Assembly (NCBI GenBank): GCA_036339735.1
Contig: JAYZAL010000019.1
Location: forward strand, 32,001 to 96,000
Length of the DNA stretch: 64,000 nucleotides
Origin: Candidatus Poribacteria bacterium
GTDB taxonomy: Bacteria; Poribacteria; WGA-4E; UBA9662
Reading direction: 5' to 3'
Shown here: positions 1 to 11,199 of the stretch, one piece after another
Layout: every line of letters begins with the position of its first letter
How positions within the stretch are numbered: the stretch's first letter is position 1
Notes under the pieces: generated by a model
The model's input: only the letters and a program-made list of their open reading frames with translations
Databases searched by the model: none
Told to the model about the DNA's origin: nothing
Translations under genes and position numbers: made by a program

Positions 1-403
1 CTAAGGGTAATACATCCAAAGCCGGTTGGCCACTCAAACTTTGATTAATATTTCGGCTTTTCCGCCTTCGGTCAAATCCTGACCGAATTAGGTCAATAAC
101 TTTACTTTCCCGCCCACCTGGTAATGTCGGTAATAAATCTTGGTCATTATATTTGAGGCGTAATAAACCACGTGGGGGAATTCGGACAAGATCCTGATCA
201 TTGACAAAATCTCCCCGACGAAGGAATACCCAAACCTTATTTTCGGTTGGATCACTAGCCTGAAGGACCTCAATTTTACCAAAAGTAAAAAGAATTCGAT
301 GAGAAGCAATTGCCGAAGAAGAAATTAATAGAAGAACCATAACTATCAATAAATAGCAAAAAACCATAAAGCCATTCTTCGGTTTGGACATCGATAATAT
401 CAT
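1..403 (-). CDS. Secreted/membrane-anchored hypothetical protein, possibly FecR-like N-terminal region; runs off the window edge
   Basis: Manual translation from ATG at 403: MILSMSKPKNGFMVFCYLLIVMVLLLISSSAIASHRILFTFGKIEVLQ...WVFLRRGDFVNDQDLVRIP..., open to position 1. Hydrophobic signal. Starts 2 nt after the stop of the upstream gene. Not in the ORF track. Confidence 0.7.
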   Translation of the reverse strand, partial: MILSMSKPKNGFMVFCYLLIVMVLLLISSSAIASHRILFTFGKIEVLQASDPTENKVWVFLRRGDFVNDQDLVRIPPRGLLRLKYNDQDLLPTLPGGRESKVIDLIRSGFDRRRKSRNINQSLSGQPALDVLPL

Positions 404-405
404 AC

Positions 406-2757
406 TTATTTCTCCTCAGAATTGAAATTAGAACTCATGTTTTGGTCGAAATAGTTTACCAAAGAGTGATTGAGATCAGACTCCATTCGGCTTTTTATCG
501 TATCAAAGTCGAACGGAAAAATTGCTTCCGAATGATGTAAAGTGTTAGCCCCATACTTTTCCCATGCTTGGCCTACAGTCACGGAATTCGTCACTTCTAA
601 CTGATTCAGTTGATTTAAGGCACCTTGCCATGCAGCAACAAAACCAGAATTAATTAAGGTCGTTTCAATTGGAATCCAAACAAAGCCGTTAATAGGCAAA
701 TAAATATCGGGCAATGACATAGCTTGAGCCATTTCAATCGAAATATTGTCTAATTGGAATGCCATTAATACATGATTGGGTAATTGAATTAGAGCAGTTT
801 TGATACCAACTGATTCAAGCAAGGTACAATATAGTACTGTACTATCATCGCAATCGCCGAAGATAACATCAGACTCTTCATTTCTACTGGTGTACATATT
901 ACTATTTGATAGTCGTTCTAGCATTTCGAAAGGGTAGATGATCTTGTCTACCGTTCCACTTTCAAAAGGTATATTTGGGTCTTTAGTGTAGGAAAAACCG
1001 TATAAAGCATCAAATAATACTAAAGCCATTGACAGATCTGTGGGTAAAGAATTCGATTTTATCCTAGAACCAAAAGCTGTTTGTACCTGATCAATAAAAC
1101 TACGAATACCAGGGTCATCATAGGAAATGAAAGAACTAAGTTTCCCTATGTCATCTAGACGTGTTGATTGGTTTCCATGCAAGACTAATTGAGCCGATAG
1201 CAGACGATACGCGGTCCCACCGATTTCAGTCACTTTAATTTTAGCCTCCACGGTTTGCGCCTGACTCATCTGAATTGCTTGACGCGTTAGTACAATTTGT
1301 CTCAATGGGATCGACATGCGCTTGAGTGGTGGAACCACGACCTGGCTAGCAACTTCTGAGCCACTTTCACTTATGAATTCAGGGACAAACAATTCGACCC
1401 GAACTTCTTGTGGCTTTGAACTTTCATTTCTGAGCCAAATTCGACCAATTGTGTCTTCAGGCATCATTGGATAGTAACGATCAAGATCTGCTACGCTCAA
1501 AATCGTGGGTTGGTTGGGATTATCCAAGACCTGCTCTGAAGCAAATCTGTTGGTTTGAGCATAAAAGTTATAGTGAACCGGATAAAGATGATTTAACCGC
1601 ACTTGTTCGATCTCAACTGGTAGAGTCCTACGATCCAAACGGAGTGAAAATTGGGCGTAGGTTGTGGGAGGCAGGTCACTTGGTATCAAATAAGCCCAAT
1701 CAAATCTGAAAGTCTTATATTGGAAGTGTACACCCATCGTTAATGTAGGTCTTAATTGACTTTGAGCCGAAAGCTGACGATACAAACCAGTACGAAACCC
1801 CAAATACGGGTTAGGTTTATATTCAATACCAATATTCAACCGATCAGATATGTCAGCAGAAAACTGTAATTGGGAGGAACGTTGATAACCCAAACCAAAG
1901 TGAAGTTTAGGTGAACGGTATTTTTCAACAACACCTGTGTCATGACGGATCCAAGTTCCCCAGATAGAATTAGGTTGTAAGCCAATATCTAAAATATCAG
2001 TCACCACGAAACCAAAAGCCCAACTAGGGTTAATTTTCGATTGAGTCCAGGTACGCTGAGGTCGATTTAGCAATCTAAACCAAATAGGCGACAATAAGTT
2101 CGTTCGAAACACGGACTGACGAACATGAAATAATACACCTACGTCTGTTCCCCACCCAATTTCCGATCCCCTTAACCTTCCGTCTAAGCTTGCTGTGTTA
2201 GTTAGATACTTAAGATTTAATCCTGCGGAGAACCAATTTGTTAATGAGTAACTATAAGAAAAATGAAAAAGATTCTTACTAACCATCAGTTCATCATCAT
2301 CGAGTGCTGTTTGATTCCAGTTGAGGCCAAGTGCTAATCGATCTGATAAAGGGAAGACACTAGAAAGTTGGTTAGTCTCCAAGATTTGAAACAAACGAGA
2401 CGGTGAATGTTCAAATCCTAGATAATATTGGCCGTATTTAGCCAAATTAGCGGGGTTCTTGAGGCTATTGGCATCTGAAAAAACGGCTATACCACTATCA
2501 CCTTTTCCGATTGTTGAGGCTTGACTAAGATAGTTAGCCTGAGCTAGAAAAACAGTTGATAATAATAAAATGAGACAGTACAGATACCTCGGCCATACCA
2601 GATAAAAAATCCGAAACCAATATTTCAGAAGATGTTGTGTGAAAATCGGTGAATCAGAAGTTAGATAGGACACGGTCAACGGCGGAAATCGTCGTCTCAA
2701 TGTCTTTTTCTGTATGGGCAATAGATACAAAAGCTGCTTCAAATTGGGAGGGAGCAA
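406..2757 (-). CDS. PorV/PorQ-like outer-membrane beta-barrel fused to a C-terminal transglutaminase-like domain; true start probably downstream (GTG near 2673)
   Basis: Signal-like [18 protein letters not shown] motif, amphipathic strands ([26 protein letters not shown]), C-terminal GDCDD...NHV...PIETT. Confidence 0.6.
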   Translation of the reverse strand: MLPPNLKQLLYLLPIQKKTLRRRFPPLTVSYLTSDSPIFTQHLLKYWFRIFYLVWPRYLYCLILLLSTVFLAQANYLSQASTIGKGDSGIAVFSDANSLKNPANLAKYGQYYLGFEHSPSRLFQILETNQLSSVFPLSDRLALGLNWNQTALDDDELMVSKNLFHFSYSYSLTNWFSAGLNLKYLTNTASLDGRLRGSEIGWGTDVGVLFHVRQSVFRTNLLSPIWFRLLNRPQRTWTQSKINPSWAFGFVVTDILDIGLQPNSIWGTWIRHDTGVVEKYRSPKLHFGLGYQRSSQLQFSADISDRLNIGIEYKPNPYLGFRTGLYRQLSAQSQLRPTLTMGVHFQYKTFRFDWAYLIPSDLPPTTYAQFSLRLDRRTLPVEIEQVRLNHLYPVHYNFYAQTNRFASEQVLDNPNQPTILSVADLDRYYPMMPEDTIGRIWLRNESSKPQEVRVELFVPEFISESGSEVASQVVVPPLKRMSIPLRQIVLTRQAIQMSQAQTVEAKIKVTEIGGTAYRLLSAQLVLHGNQSTRLDDIGKLSSFISYDDPGIRSFIDQVQTAFGSRIKSNSLPTDLSMALVLFDALYGFSYTKDPNIPFESGTVDKIIYPFEMLERLSNSNMYTSRNEESDVIFGDCDDSTVLYCTLLESVGIKTALIQLPNHVLMAFQLDNISIEMAQAMSLPDIYLPINGFVWIPIETTLINSGFVAAWQGALNQLNQLEVTNSVTVGQAWEKYGANTLHHSEAIFPFDFDTIKSRMESDLNHSLVNYFDQNMSSNFNSEEK

Positions 2758-3958
2758 TGTATACGCCTTGATTTAATAAACCCCAGAAGAACTCAGCGAA
2801 TCGGTCAGTGTCTGAAGTCTTAGCCGAGGCAAAGTCGGTAACAGCCTGATCAGTAAAAAAGCAACTCAGCATTGATCCAACCCGGCTGTGATAGCTAGGA
2901 ATTCGATATTTATGGCTAATATGTTTGATGCCTTCAGCTAGTATAGAAGATATGTTTTCTAATGTCTCATAAAAATTAGGAGATTTGAGTGCAGTTAAAG
3001 TTTCAATCCCTGCGGCCATAGCCAAAGGGTTCCCCGAGAGAGTACCAGCTTGGTAAACTTCCCCAACAGGAGCTACTTTAGACATAATTTCTCGTCGGCC
3101 ACCATAAGCACCGACAGGTAATCCACCACCAATGATTTTTCCTAAACAGGTAATATCAGGATTCACATCATATAATTCCTGTGCTCCACCATAAGACACA
3201 CGAAACCCAGACATTACCTCATCAAAAACCAACAACACTCCATGTTCTTCGGTGATTTCGCGTAACTCTTGCAAGTAACCATCTCTTGGCGGGATAACAC
3301 CCATGTTACCCGTTACTGGTTCTAAAATTATACAAGATACATCGTCAGAATTATCCTTGATTGCCTTTCGCACAGCTTCAGCATTGTTAAAAGGAACAGT
3401 CAGAGTAAGCTTCGCAAAATCTTCTGGTACCCCGGCACTATCTGACAAACCAAAAGTAGTTATTCCAGAACCAGCTTTAGCTAGTAGGTAATCTGCATGA
3501 CCGTGATAGCACCCTTCTACTTTAATGATTTTATCTCGCTTTGTATAGCCACGAGCCAATCGAATAGCGCTCATTGTAGCTTCAGTACCAGAATTGACCA
3601 TGCGTACCATCTCAATTGACGGAACTGCCGAAATGATTAATTCCGCTAATTGTGTTTCCAGCGGTGTTGGCGCTCCGTAACTTGTACCGTTTTGCATGGT
3701 TCTTTGCAAAGCTGATAAAACTGTTTCATTGGAATGGCCCAAAATCATCGGCCCCCAAGAGCCAATGTAATCAATGTAACTATTACCATCAACATCAACT
3801 ATACTTGAGCCTTTTGCGCTGGAAATGAAAGGGGGACTTCCACCCACAGATCGAAACGCTCGCACAGGACTATTGACGCCGCCAGGAATAAGTTTTTGGG
3901 CTGATTCCCACTCTTTTTCAGAAATTTTACTTTGTCGAATAGGTTGACTCACGATCAT
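2654..3958 (-). CDS. hemL: Glutamate-1-semialdehyde 2,1-aminomutase
   Basis: [55 protein letters not shown]. Confidence 0.97.
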   Translation of the reverse strand: MIVSQPIRQSKISEKEWESAQKLIPGGVNSPVRAFRSVGGSPPFISSAKGSSIVDVDGNSYIDYIGSWGPMILGHSNETVLSALQRTMQNGTSYGAPTPLETQLAELIISAVPSIEMVRMVNSGTEATMSAIRLARGYTKRDKIIKVEGCYHGHADYLLAKAGSGITTFGLSDSAGVPEDFAKLTLTVPFNNAEAVRKAIKDNSDDVSCIILEPVTGNMGVIPPRDGYLQELREITEEHGVLLVFDEVMSGFRVSYGGAQELYDVNPDITCLGKIIGGGLPVGAYGGRREIMSKVAPVGEVYQAGTLSGNPLAMAAGIETLTALKSPNFYETLENISSILAEGIKHISHKYRIPSYHSRVGSMLSCFFTDQAVTDFASAKTSDTDRFAEFFWGLLNQGVYIAPSQFEAAFVSIAHTEKDIETTISAVDRVLSNF

Positions 3959-4195
3959 TTCCTTTTCAGTTTACTCTTATAATCAGTTGTCGCCAGTACA
4001 TTCCAGCATATTATTTTGAATTAGTCTTTCTGAAGCAACTTAGCTTGTAGATAAAAACACCCTGATTGTAACTAAAAACCATCAAAGAAACAACAATTTA
4101 AAACTTTTCTAGTCGTCGTGAAATGAACAGATCCACACCATAGCAACCATACATAGATCTAGATAACCATTATCCAATAGGCTATAATCATTCTC

Positions 4196-6112
4196 ATGAT
4201 TAACCATTCACCAAACGATAAAAAGAAATCACTAGTTGGGAGTAGTTGGCGGTCAATATGCCTTGGCACACTTCTGATTATTCCCAACACATACTGGATT
4301 GTCGATTCAGGTGGACAGGGCTTTCCAACAACAGTTTCTCTCTATTACAACGTCATTTTTTGCATATTCTCCTTAGTAGGATTCAATTGGTTTATCTCTA
4401 AAATAAACTATAGCTGGGCCATGAAGCAAAGCGAATTATTGACTATTTACATGATGCTAGCAATCGCCTCCTCTCTAGCTGGTCATGATGTAATGAGAGT
4501 TCTAATACCCATGATTCCTTATCCTTTTTGGTATGCTACTTCAGAAAACGATTGGTCTGGTTTATTTCACCGATTTATACCAGACTGGATAGCCATCAAG
4601 GACAAAGAATTTTTAGTTGATTATTACAGGGGAGAATCCTCTTTTTACAGGTGGGAAATCATCGAAGTCTGGCTAACACCAATACTGGTATGGGGTGGAT
4701 TTTTAGCAGTAATGGTCTTTTTAATGATTTGTATAAACAGTGTAGTACGAAAACAATGGACCGAAAACGAAAAGTTAAGCTATCCAATTATCCAACTTCC
4801 GCTTGAGATGACTTATGGTGGTGGACTGACCGGTGTACTTAAACTAAAAACCTTATGGTTAGGTTTCCTTGCTGCTGGAACTATTGACATCCTCAATGGT
4901 TTACATCATTTATTTCCCTACGTACCTAGTTTGGGTGGAAAACTCTACGACCTAAAGCCTTTTTTTAGCCAGCGACCTTGGAGTGCCGTCGGTTGGACCC
5001 CGATTGCGGTTTTCCCATTTGCTGTTGGTTTGGCATTTTTCATCCCTTTGGATCTTTCTTTCTCATGTTGGTTTTTCTATTTATTTTGGAAAGTGGAAAG
5101 AATTGCAGGTGATGCGTTAGGCTTACGGACTATGCCAAATTTTCCTTTTGTTGATGAACAATCTTTTGGTGCTTACATCGGTTTATTTATAATTGCTGTC
5201 TACACTTCCAGGGAACACTTGAAAAGAATTTTTAGCAAAGTTGCTTTTAATGATCCAAGAGTAGATGATAGCAAAGAACCAATGTCATACCGGTTAATGG
5301 TCATAGGATCAACCCTCTCGATCTTGGCCATAGTTCTTTTCTGCAACGCAGCTGGAATGTCTATTTGGGTTGTTGTCATATTCTTTGGTATATACTACGC
5401 CGTTTCTACTGCTGTAACACGAATGAGAGCTGAACTTGGCTCACCCGTTCATGACCTACACTTTATTGGTCCAGATGAAATGATGCCACGTATATTCGGT
5501 ACCCGATTACTAGGTCCCAATAATTTAACTATGTTCGCTTATTTGTTTTTCTTTAATCGAGCTTACCGAGGTCATCCAATGCCCCATATTTTGGAAGGAT
5601 TTAAACTGGCCGAAAGATCAAACATGAAAAATCATCGCTTGATATTAGCAATGATAATTGCTATTTGCGTTGGCATTTTTTCAACCTTCTGGTCGTTTTA
5701 CCACGTTTCTTATTTGGAAGGAGCACTGGATTGGTTTGCTGATCGGCCATTTAACAGATTACAAAGTTGGTTGACAGTTCCACGTCCCCCTGACATACCT
5801 GCTATAGCCTCTATTTTCGTTGGTTTAGGTCTTACGTTTCTTCTTATGTTAATGAGGATGAATATATTCTGGTGGCCACTTCATCCCGCGGGTTTCGCCA
5901 TCTCTAGCAGTTGGTCAATGAATGTATTTTGGTTTTCAATCCTAGTTAGCTCTATCTTGAAATTGATAATCTTAAAACATGGGGGGATGGGAACGCACAG
6001 AAAGGTTACACCTTTTTTCCTAGGACTGATTCTTGGCGAATTTATTGTTGGTGGTATTTGGAGTTTGATCGGAATTTCGATCGACCGACCTATGTACCGA
6101 TTTCTATTTTAA
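4196..6112 (+). CDS. Polytopic membrane protein, DUF6785/DUF6784-like (OPT-like putative transporter), paralogue 1
   Basis: Many TM segments; KQWTENEKLSYPIIQLP, RMRAELG, WWPLHPAGF, GLILGE motifs shared with 8103 and 59618. Confidence 0.7.
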   Translation: MINHSPNDKKKSLVGSSWRSICLGTLLIIPNTYWIVDSGGQGFPTTVSLYYNVIFCIFSLVGFNWFISKINYSWAMKQSELLTIYMMLAIASSLAGHDVMRVLIPMIPYPFWYATSENDWSGLFHRFIPDWIAIKDKEFLVDYYRGESSFYRWEIIEVWLTPILVWGGFLAVMVFLMICINSVVRKQWTENEKLSYPIIQLPLEMTYGGGLTGVLKLKTLWLGFLAAGTIDILNGLHHLFPYVPSLGGKLYDLKPFFSQRPWSAVGWTPIAVFPFAVGLAFFIPLDLSFSCWFFYLFWKVERIAGDALGLRTMPNFPFVDEQSFGAYIGLFIIAVYTSREHLKRIFSKVAFNDPRVDDSKEPMSYRLMVIGSTLSILAIVLFCNAAGMSIWVVVIFFGIYYAVSTAVTRMRAELGSPVHDLHFIGPDEMMPRIFGTRLLGPNNLTMFAYLFFFNRAYRGHPMPHILEGFKLAERSNMKNHRLILAMIIAICVGIFSTFWSFYHVSYLEGALDWFADRPFNRLQSWLTVPRPPDIPAIASIFVGLGLTFLLMLMRMNIFWWPLHPAGFAISSSWSMNVFWFSILVSSILKLIILKHGGMGTHRKVTPFFLGLILGEFIVGGIWSLIGISIDRPMYRFLF

Positions 6113-6145
6113 AGTTGAAATATTAGAAAATAATCGGAGGTGTAG

Positions 6146-6955
6146 ATGACAACTCAAACTTCAGAAATTAAGTGTCGTTTAGAGATAGCTAAGTCAATCG
6201 CTCATCAAGCTGGAAAGGTTACACTTCAGCATTTCCAACAGACAAAACTGTCAGTTGAACGGAAATCCGACGACTCACCCGTCACTATTGCTGATCGATC
6301 TGCGGAACTTTTGATGAGACAGGAAATACAGTCCCATTTTCCCAAAGATGCTATTCTGGGTGAAGAATTCGAAAACATGTCAGGCAATTCGGGCTACCAA
6401 TGGATCTTAGATCCAATTGACGGAACAAAATCTTTCATCTGCGGCATACCACTGTATAGTACATTGGTTGGTATAGAGTACCAAGGTGCGGCGGTCATCG
6501 GAGTTATTCATCTACCAGCCTTGAATGAAACCGTCTACGCTAGTCGGTCTCAGGGGGCTTGGCATCTAATAGGAAGTAATGCACCTATACCGGCCAGAGT
6601 GTCAAATCGCTCTTTGGACAATGGTTGCTTAGTTACTTCACAAATTGATCTATTTGAACACACCAATCGGAAAGATGCCTACAGACAATTAGAACAAAAA
6701 GCTTATATTACTCGTACTTGGGGTGATGGTTATGGCTATCTGCTGGTCTCAACTGGCCGTGTAGAAGTAATGATAGATCCACTAATGGAAATATGGGATG
6801 CGGCGGCAATCCAGCCAATAATTGAAGAAGCAGGAGGTACTTTTACTGACTGGCAAGGAAACCCTGTCTTTACTAGTGGAGAAGGTATTGGTACAAATGG
6901 TTTAGTCGCCAAAGAAGTTCTTGAAATTACCCGTCAATACTCAAATAAACCTTGA
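6146..6955 (+). CDS. hisN: Histidinol-phosphatase, inositol monophosphatase family
   Basis: KSDDSPVTIADR, ILGEE, WILDPIDGTKSF, WDAAA. Confidence 0.8.
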   Translation: MTTQTSEIKCRLEIAKSIAHQAGKVTLQHFQQTKLSVERKSDDSPVTIADRSAELLMRQEIQSHFPKDAILGEEFENMSGNSGYQWILDPIDGTKSFICGIPLYSTLVGIEYQGAAVIGVIHLPALNETVYASRSQGAWHLIGSNAPIPARVSNRSLDNGCLVTSQIDLFEHTNRKDAYRQLEQKAYITRTWGDGYGYLLVSTGRVEVMIDPLMEIWDAAAIQPIIEEAGGTFTDWQGNPVFTSGEGIGTNGLVAKEVLEITRQYSNKP

Positions 6956-6987
6956 GATCTTAATGTTGGCGAGCTCCATCCTTAGTT

Positions 6988-8094
6988 ATGAATACTTCAC
7001 TACTTCAATTTCAGAAAAGGTTATTGGGTTGGTTCTCTATTCACCAGCGAAATCTACCTTGGCGCCAAACCAATGATCCTTATTGCATTTGGGTTTCTGA
7101 GGTAATGCTTCAGCAAACTCGAGTTAATACTGTTATTGATTATTATCATCGATTTTTAGATAAATTTCCAACCATCAAACATTTGGCTGATTCTGATCTT
7201 GATGATGTGCTTAAAATTTGGGAAGGTCTTGGTTACTATGCTCGCGCCAGAAATTTAAAACGGGCCGCCGAAATCGTAGTTTTCGAACTGGAAGGATGCA
7301 TACCAAATAACTATCGCCAATTTCAGCAATTACCAGGTGTTGGAGACTATATTGCGTCTGCGGTTCAAAGCATTGCCTTCGGTAAACCTGTAGCCGCAGT
7401 AGATGGAAATGTGAAACGTGTCCTGGCTCGTCTATACCGTCGAACTGAACCCACCAATGTCGCTAAATTCAATAAAATATTTCAGGAATTAGCAGATAAA
7501 CTACTTGTAACTAATCAACCTGGTACACATAATCAAGCCTTGATGGAATTAGGTGCAATGGTTTGCCGTCCGAAATCACCGACTTGCCTAGTGTGCCCAG
7601 TACAGAATTCGTGCGATGCTCATCAAAAATTAGAGGTTGGTCTTTTTCCTGTTCGTCAAGCTAAAAAGAAAAGGCCAGAACAACGGTTGGTTTCTAGTAT
7701 TTTTATCAACTGTAACAATGAAGTTCTCGTTGTTCAACGTCCACTAAAAGGTTTGCTCGGTGGCCTCTGGGAGTTTCCTAACCATCATATTGGCCAGTCG
7801 GCTGATTTAGTGAGAGCTTGTAAAGAATTGGCTGTTGACCTGTTCAACATAAAAGAAGTTTCATACTCGCTGACTTATCTAACCCAAATAAAACATGCCT
7901 ATACTCACTTTCAAGTGGTTGTTGATGTTTTCTTCTGCTATCTTAGTACAGATCCGAGTCTTCAGGCTTTAGACTTCAAAAACTGGACCAGTGCTCAGTG
8001 GAAAACTATTGAAGAGTTAGATCAATTAGCACTTACCGGTATTTCTAATAAATTGATCCCTATACTCAAAAAATCATCCCACCTTAATTCCTAG
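6988..8094 (+). CDS. mutY: A/G-specific adenine glycosylase
   Basis: WVSEVMLQQT, GLGYYARARN, HhH LPGVGDY, VDGNVKRV, 4Fe-4S CRPKSPTCLVCPVQNSC, GLWEFP. Confidence 0.96.
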   Translation: MNTSLLQFQKRLLGWFSIHQRNLPWRQTNDPYCIWVSEVMLQQTRVNTVIDYYHRFLDKFPTIKHLADSDLDDVLKIWEGLGYYARARNLKRAAEIVVFELEGCIPNNYRQFQQLPGVGDYIASAVQSIAFGKPVAAVDGNVKRVLARLYRRTEPTNVAKFNKIFQELADKLLVTNQPGTHNQALMELGAMVCRPKSPTCLVCPVQNSCDAHQKLEVGLFPVRQAKKKRPEQRLVSSIFINCNNEVLVVQRPLKGLLGGLWEFPNHHIGQSADLVRACKELAVDLFNIKEVSYSLTYLTQIKHAYTHFQVVVDVFFCYLSTDPSLQALDFKNWTSAQWKTIEELDQLALTGISNKLIPILKKSSHLNS

Positions 8095-8102
8095 GCAAAG
8101 AC

Positions 8103-10061
8103 TTGGACACGAATACCAAAATAGATTTTTTCAATTCAGTCCGATATCATCGAATTTTGCCGATAACCTTGACATGGATTATTTTACAAACCTGCTTGTA
8201 TGGTTATATTCATCTGAATGGTTTTGGTCAATTCATTGCTAATCACTTGCCAGTGGGTAGCGTCTTCTTTTTAGCACTTTTATCTTTTGTGGTTAACCCG
8301 TGCCTAGCACAATTTGGTAAAAGTGCTCATTTCTCTACGGCGGAGCTAACCCTTTCTTGGGCTATGGTCACTGCAGCTGCATCAGTTCCAGGTTATGGAT
8401 TAATGGAATTTATTTTCCCTTATGTTGCTGCTCCAGTTTACTTTTCTACGCCTGAGAACCAATGGTCGGAGCTGATTTTTCCTCATTTGAAGAGTTGGTT
8501 ATATGTTTCTGACCGATCAGCACTAGATAAATTCTGGATCGGTATCGGCCGGTACGACCTAATTCCTTGGTCAATATGGTTTAAACCTGTTTTTATTGCT
8601 ACCATTTTTGGTTTGTCATTCTTCTTGTCTGTATGCTGTTGGGCCGTTATCTTACGGCACCACTGGGTTGACAAAGTTCGCTACACCTTTCCATTAGTTC
8701 AAGTTGGTGCAAATTTAACTCAGGCAGATATCGGACAATACAAGTTCCAACCATTCTTTCGTAATCGGTTATTTATCTTCGGTCTCGCTCTTGCATCAAT
8801 GATTCACTTAATCCGAGGACTTCATTCGTTTTACCCCTTTTTACCGAGTATTCCACTTGACTATCCCATTCGGCATCTATTCCCTAACAAACCATGGCGT
8901 TCGATTGTAGAAGGATGGCCATTGCTGTTCCGGTTACGTTTGTCAGTAGTTGGTATCACCTATTTTCTACTTCCTGATGTAGCTGTTAGTATTTGGTTTT
9001 TCTTCCTGTTTTATAAAATTCAAGAGGTCGTAATTTCAGCTTTCTCCATCAATCGAGTAAATACTCAACAACAGGTTATGGGTGCCGTCTTAGTTTTAGC
9101 TTTGGTTTCAGCATGGCAAGCACGACGGCATCTTTATTCAGTTTGGCGAAACACATTTATACCGACAATACACAAACGTCTTTTCAACGATGATGATGAG
9201 CCATTGTCTTACCGAACCGCCGCATTAGGAATGATTAGTGGTTTTTTATTTATGGGTGGATTAGGGGTTGCTATGGGATTATCCGTTTGGATGGCATTAT
9301 TATTTGTTTTGTTGATGTGGATTCTAGCAACAACAGCTGCTTGGCATGTATCTAATGCCGGTTGCTTATTAGTCAATGTTGGTTTTACACCGTTTAATTT
9401 CTTCCGCATGATTTTCGGCAGTCGTATCCTAGGTGTACAAAATTTGATTTTATTAAGTTTCGATCGATCATCGATTCCAAATTGGTCCTCACAATCGCTA
9501 ATGGCCTACTCTATCCAAAATTTCCGTTTGGTCAATGTGCATCAACTCTCATCTAGAAAAATGAGATTACCCCACTGGATGTTAATAGCAGTAGTAATTT
9601 CGGCGATAGTCACCTTTTTTAGCACACTGACTTGGATTCACCATCGAGGTGCCATCAATTTAACTCCTTGGATTTTCAACGTTGGCCCCGGTGCTATGCG
9701 ACGAGCAGTTGGTGAAATACTGAACCCATCTACACCGAATTTCTCTGGTATATTAAGTGCTGGTGTTGGTGGTGGTATTATGTCATTATTACTCTTTATG
9801 AGACAACGATTTTTGTGGTGGCCACTTCATCCACTTGGATACGCATTAGGAGTCACTTGGGCTCCCTCTAGACTCTGGTTTTCTACCCTAATTGGTTGGG
9901 CCATAAAATTTCTCATTTTACGCATCGGAGGTTTTCGTGCTTTTCAGCGAGGCCAACCTTTTTTCTTGGGGCTAATCATAGGTGAATATTTCATGACAGC
10001 TATCTGGCAGATATCAGCTTTGAAAACGGGTATTGGCTACTGGGGCGGGCCACCAAGCTAA
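8103..10061 (+). CDS. DUF6785/DUF6784-like membrane protein, paralogue 2 (more divergent)
   Basis: TPENQWSE, RHHW..RYTFPL, WWPLHPLGY, GLIIGE. Confidence 0.65.
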   Translation: MDTNTKIDFFNSVRYHRILPITLTWIILQTCLYGYIHLNGFGQFIANHLPVGSVFFLALLSFVVNPCLAQFGKSAHFSTAELTLSWAMVTAAASVPGYGLMEFIFPYVAAPVYFSTPENQWSELIFPHLKSWLYVSDRSALDKFWIGIGRYDLIPWSIWFKPVFIATIFGLSFFLSVCCWAVILRHHWVDKVRYTFPLVQVGANLTQADIGQYKFQPFFRNRLFIFGLALASMIHLIRGLHSFYPFLPSIPLDYPIRHLFPNKPWRSIVEGWPLLFRLRLSVVGITYFLLPDVAVSIWFFFLFYKIQEVVISAFSINRVNTQQQVMGAVLVLALVSAWQARRHLYSVWRNTFIPTIHKRLFNDDDEPLSYRTAALGMISGFLFMGGLGVAMGLSVWMALLFVLLMWILATTAAWHVSNAGCLLVNVGFTPFNFFRMIFGSRILGVQNLILLSFDRSSIPNWSSQSLMAYSIQNFRLVNVHQLSSRKMRLPHWMLIAVVISAIVTFFSTLTWIHHRGAINLTPWIFNVGPGAMRRAVGEILNPSTPNFSGILSAGVGGGIMSLLLFMRQRFLWWPLHPLGYALGVTWAPSRLWFSTLIGWAIKFLILRIGGFRAFQRGQPFFLGLIIGEYFMTAIWQISALKTGIGYWGGPPS

Positions 10062-10108
10062 AAGATTTTCTTACCCTAAAAGCCAACAAGTGTCTTAATA
10101 GCTTGATC

Positions 10109-10137
10109 TTGACAGTCTTTATGGCCAGTGCTATACT
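10109..10137 (+). promoter_or_regulatory. Sigma70-type promoter for the YCF48-like gene
   Basis: TTGACA-17 nt-TATACT with TG extension; supports ATG 10175 as start. Confidence 0.7.
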
Positions 10138-10174
10138 TGCGAAATGTCATTTTTTCACAAAGGAAACTAATCGA

Positions 10175-11188
10175 ATGAAAGTATCAAAGACAGTACCATT
10201 TATCACCATTTTGGCCATATGGCTGGTTATTTTAACCCCAAGTTGGTCCGGTCAATGGGAGACTCTTCAGCCAGTAGGTGACTTCGACTTTTTCTCAGTT
10301 GCTTTTATCAGTGCTACTGAAGGATTCGCTGTCGGTTCTGATCCCTTTGAATACGAAAAACCTGGGGCTATTGGGCATACTACTGACGGAGGGAAAACTT
10401 GGAAAAAAGTTGACAACGTCGCTTTCGAAAGTGACCTAAAATCCGTTTTTTTCGTTAACGAGAAAAACGGATGGGCTGTTGGAGCCAACGGTTTAATCGT
10501 CGCAACTGATGATGGGGGAAAAACTTGGGATCTCCAAACCAGCAAAGTCGGTAATGGTTTATCATGCGTAAGTTTTGTCGATACCAAAATTGGCTTCATT
10601 GGTGGTGAAGGTGAGACAATTCTAAAAACTACCAATGGTGGCCGAACTTGGAAGGTCTTGACTGGTGGTCAAGCAGCTAGCGGTTTTGGTGATGATGATA
10701 CCAGTGTTTTTAGTGCAATTCATTTTGCCGATGCTAATACTGGCTATGTAGCCGGTGTCAGAATCACACCATCCAATCAAGGTCAAGAAACCCTGATCCA
10801 GAAAACAACTGATGGAGGACAAACTTGGGTAAAACAGCCTACTAACACCGAGGATATTCTGGAAGATATGTACTTCATTAACGGAACTACGGGGTGGGCT
10901 GTTGGTGAGAACGGCGTTATTTTCACCACTACCGATGGTAATAGTTGGAAAGCTTTGGATAGTGGAAGTGAGGAAAAGCTAAGAAGCGTTCGCTTTGTCT
11001 CTGCTAATACCGGTTGGGCTGTTGGTGGAGATATGGGGGTGAATGTCATATTACAGACTGAGGATGGAGGAACGACCTGGACTGAACAAAGTAGTGGTAA
11101 ATTATTCGCTTACGACGTTTTTTCTCTTGACGCTAACAACGTATGGATTGCTGGACAAAATGCCATCATCATGAAATATACTAAATAG
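10175..11188 (+). CDS. Secreted YCF48/BNR (Asp-box) beta-propeller protein
   Basis: Signal peptide MKVSKTVPFITILAIWLVILTPSWS; repeated GWAVG...TxDGGxTW; AAGGA RBS. Confidence 0.85.
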   Translation: MKVSKTVPFITILAIWLVILTPSWSGQWETLQPVGDFDFFSVAFISATEGFAVGSDPFEYEKPGAIGHTTDGGKTWKKVDNVAFESDLKSVFFVNEKNGWAVGANGLIVATDDGGKTWDLQTSKVGNGLSCVSFVDTKIGFIGGEGETILKTTNGGRTWKVLTGGQAASGFGDDDTSVFSAIHFADANTGYVAGVRITPSNQGQETLIQKTTDGGQTWVKQPTNTEDILEDMYFINGTTGWAVGENGVIFTTTDGNSWKALDSGSEEKLRSVRFVSANTGWAVGGDMGVNVILQTEDGGTTWTEQSSGKLFAYDVFSLDANNVWIAGQNAIIMKYTK

Positions 11189-11199
11189 AACTTGATATA

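Noticed and set aside
88-309. 73-aa track ORF
   Set aside because: Out-of-frame shadow of the longer signal-peptide ORF starting at 403.
10267-11049. Antisense ORFs within the YCF48 gene, and similar short shadow ORFs throughout the track
   Set aside because: They overlap well-supported genes and have no recognisable motifs.
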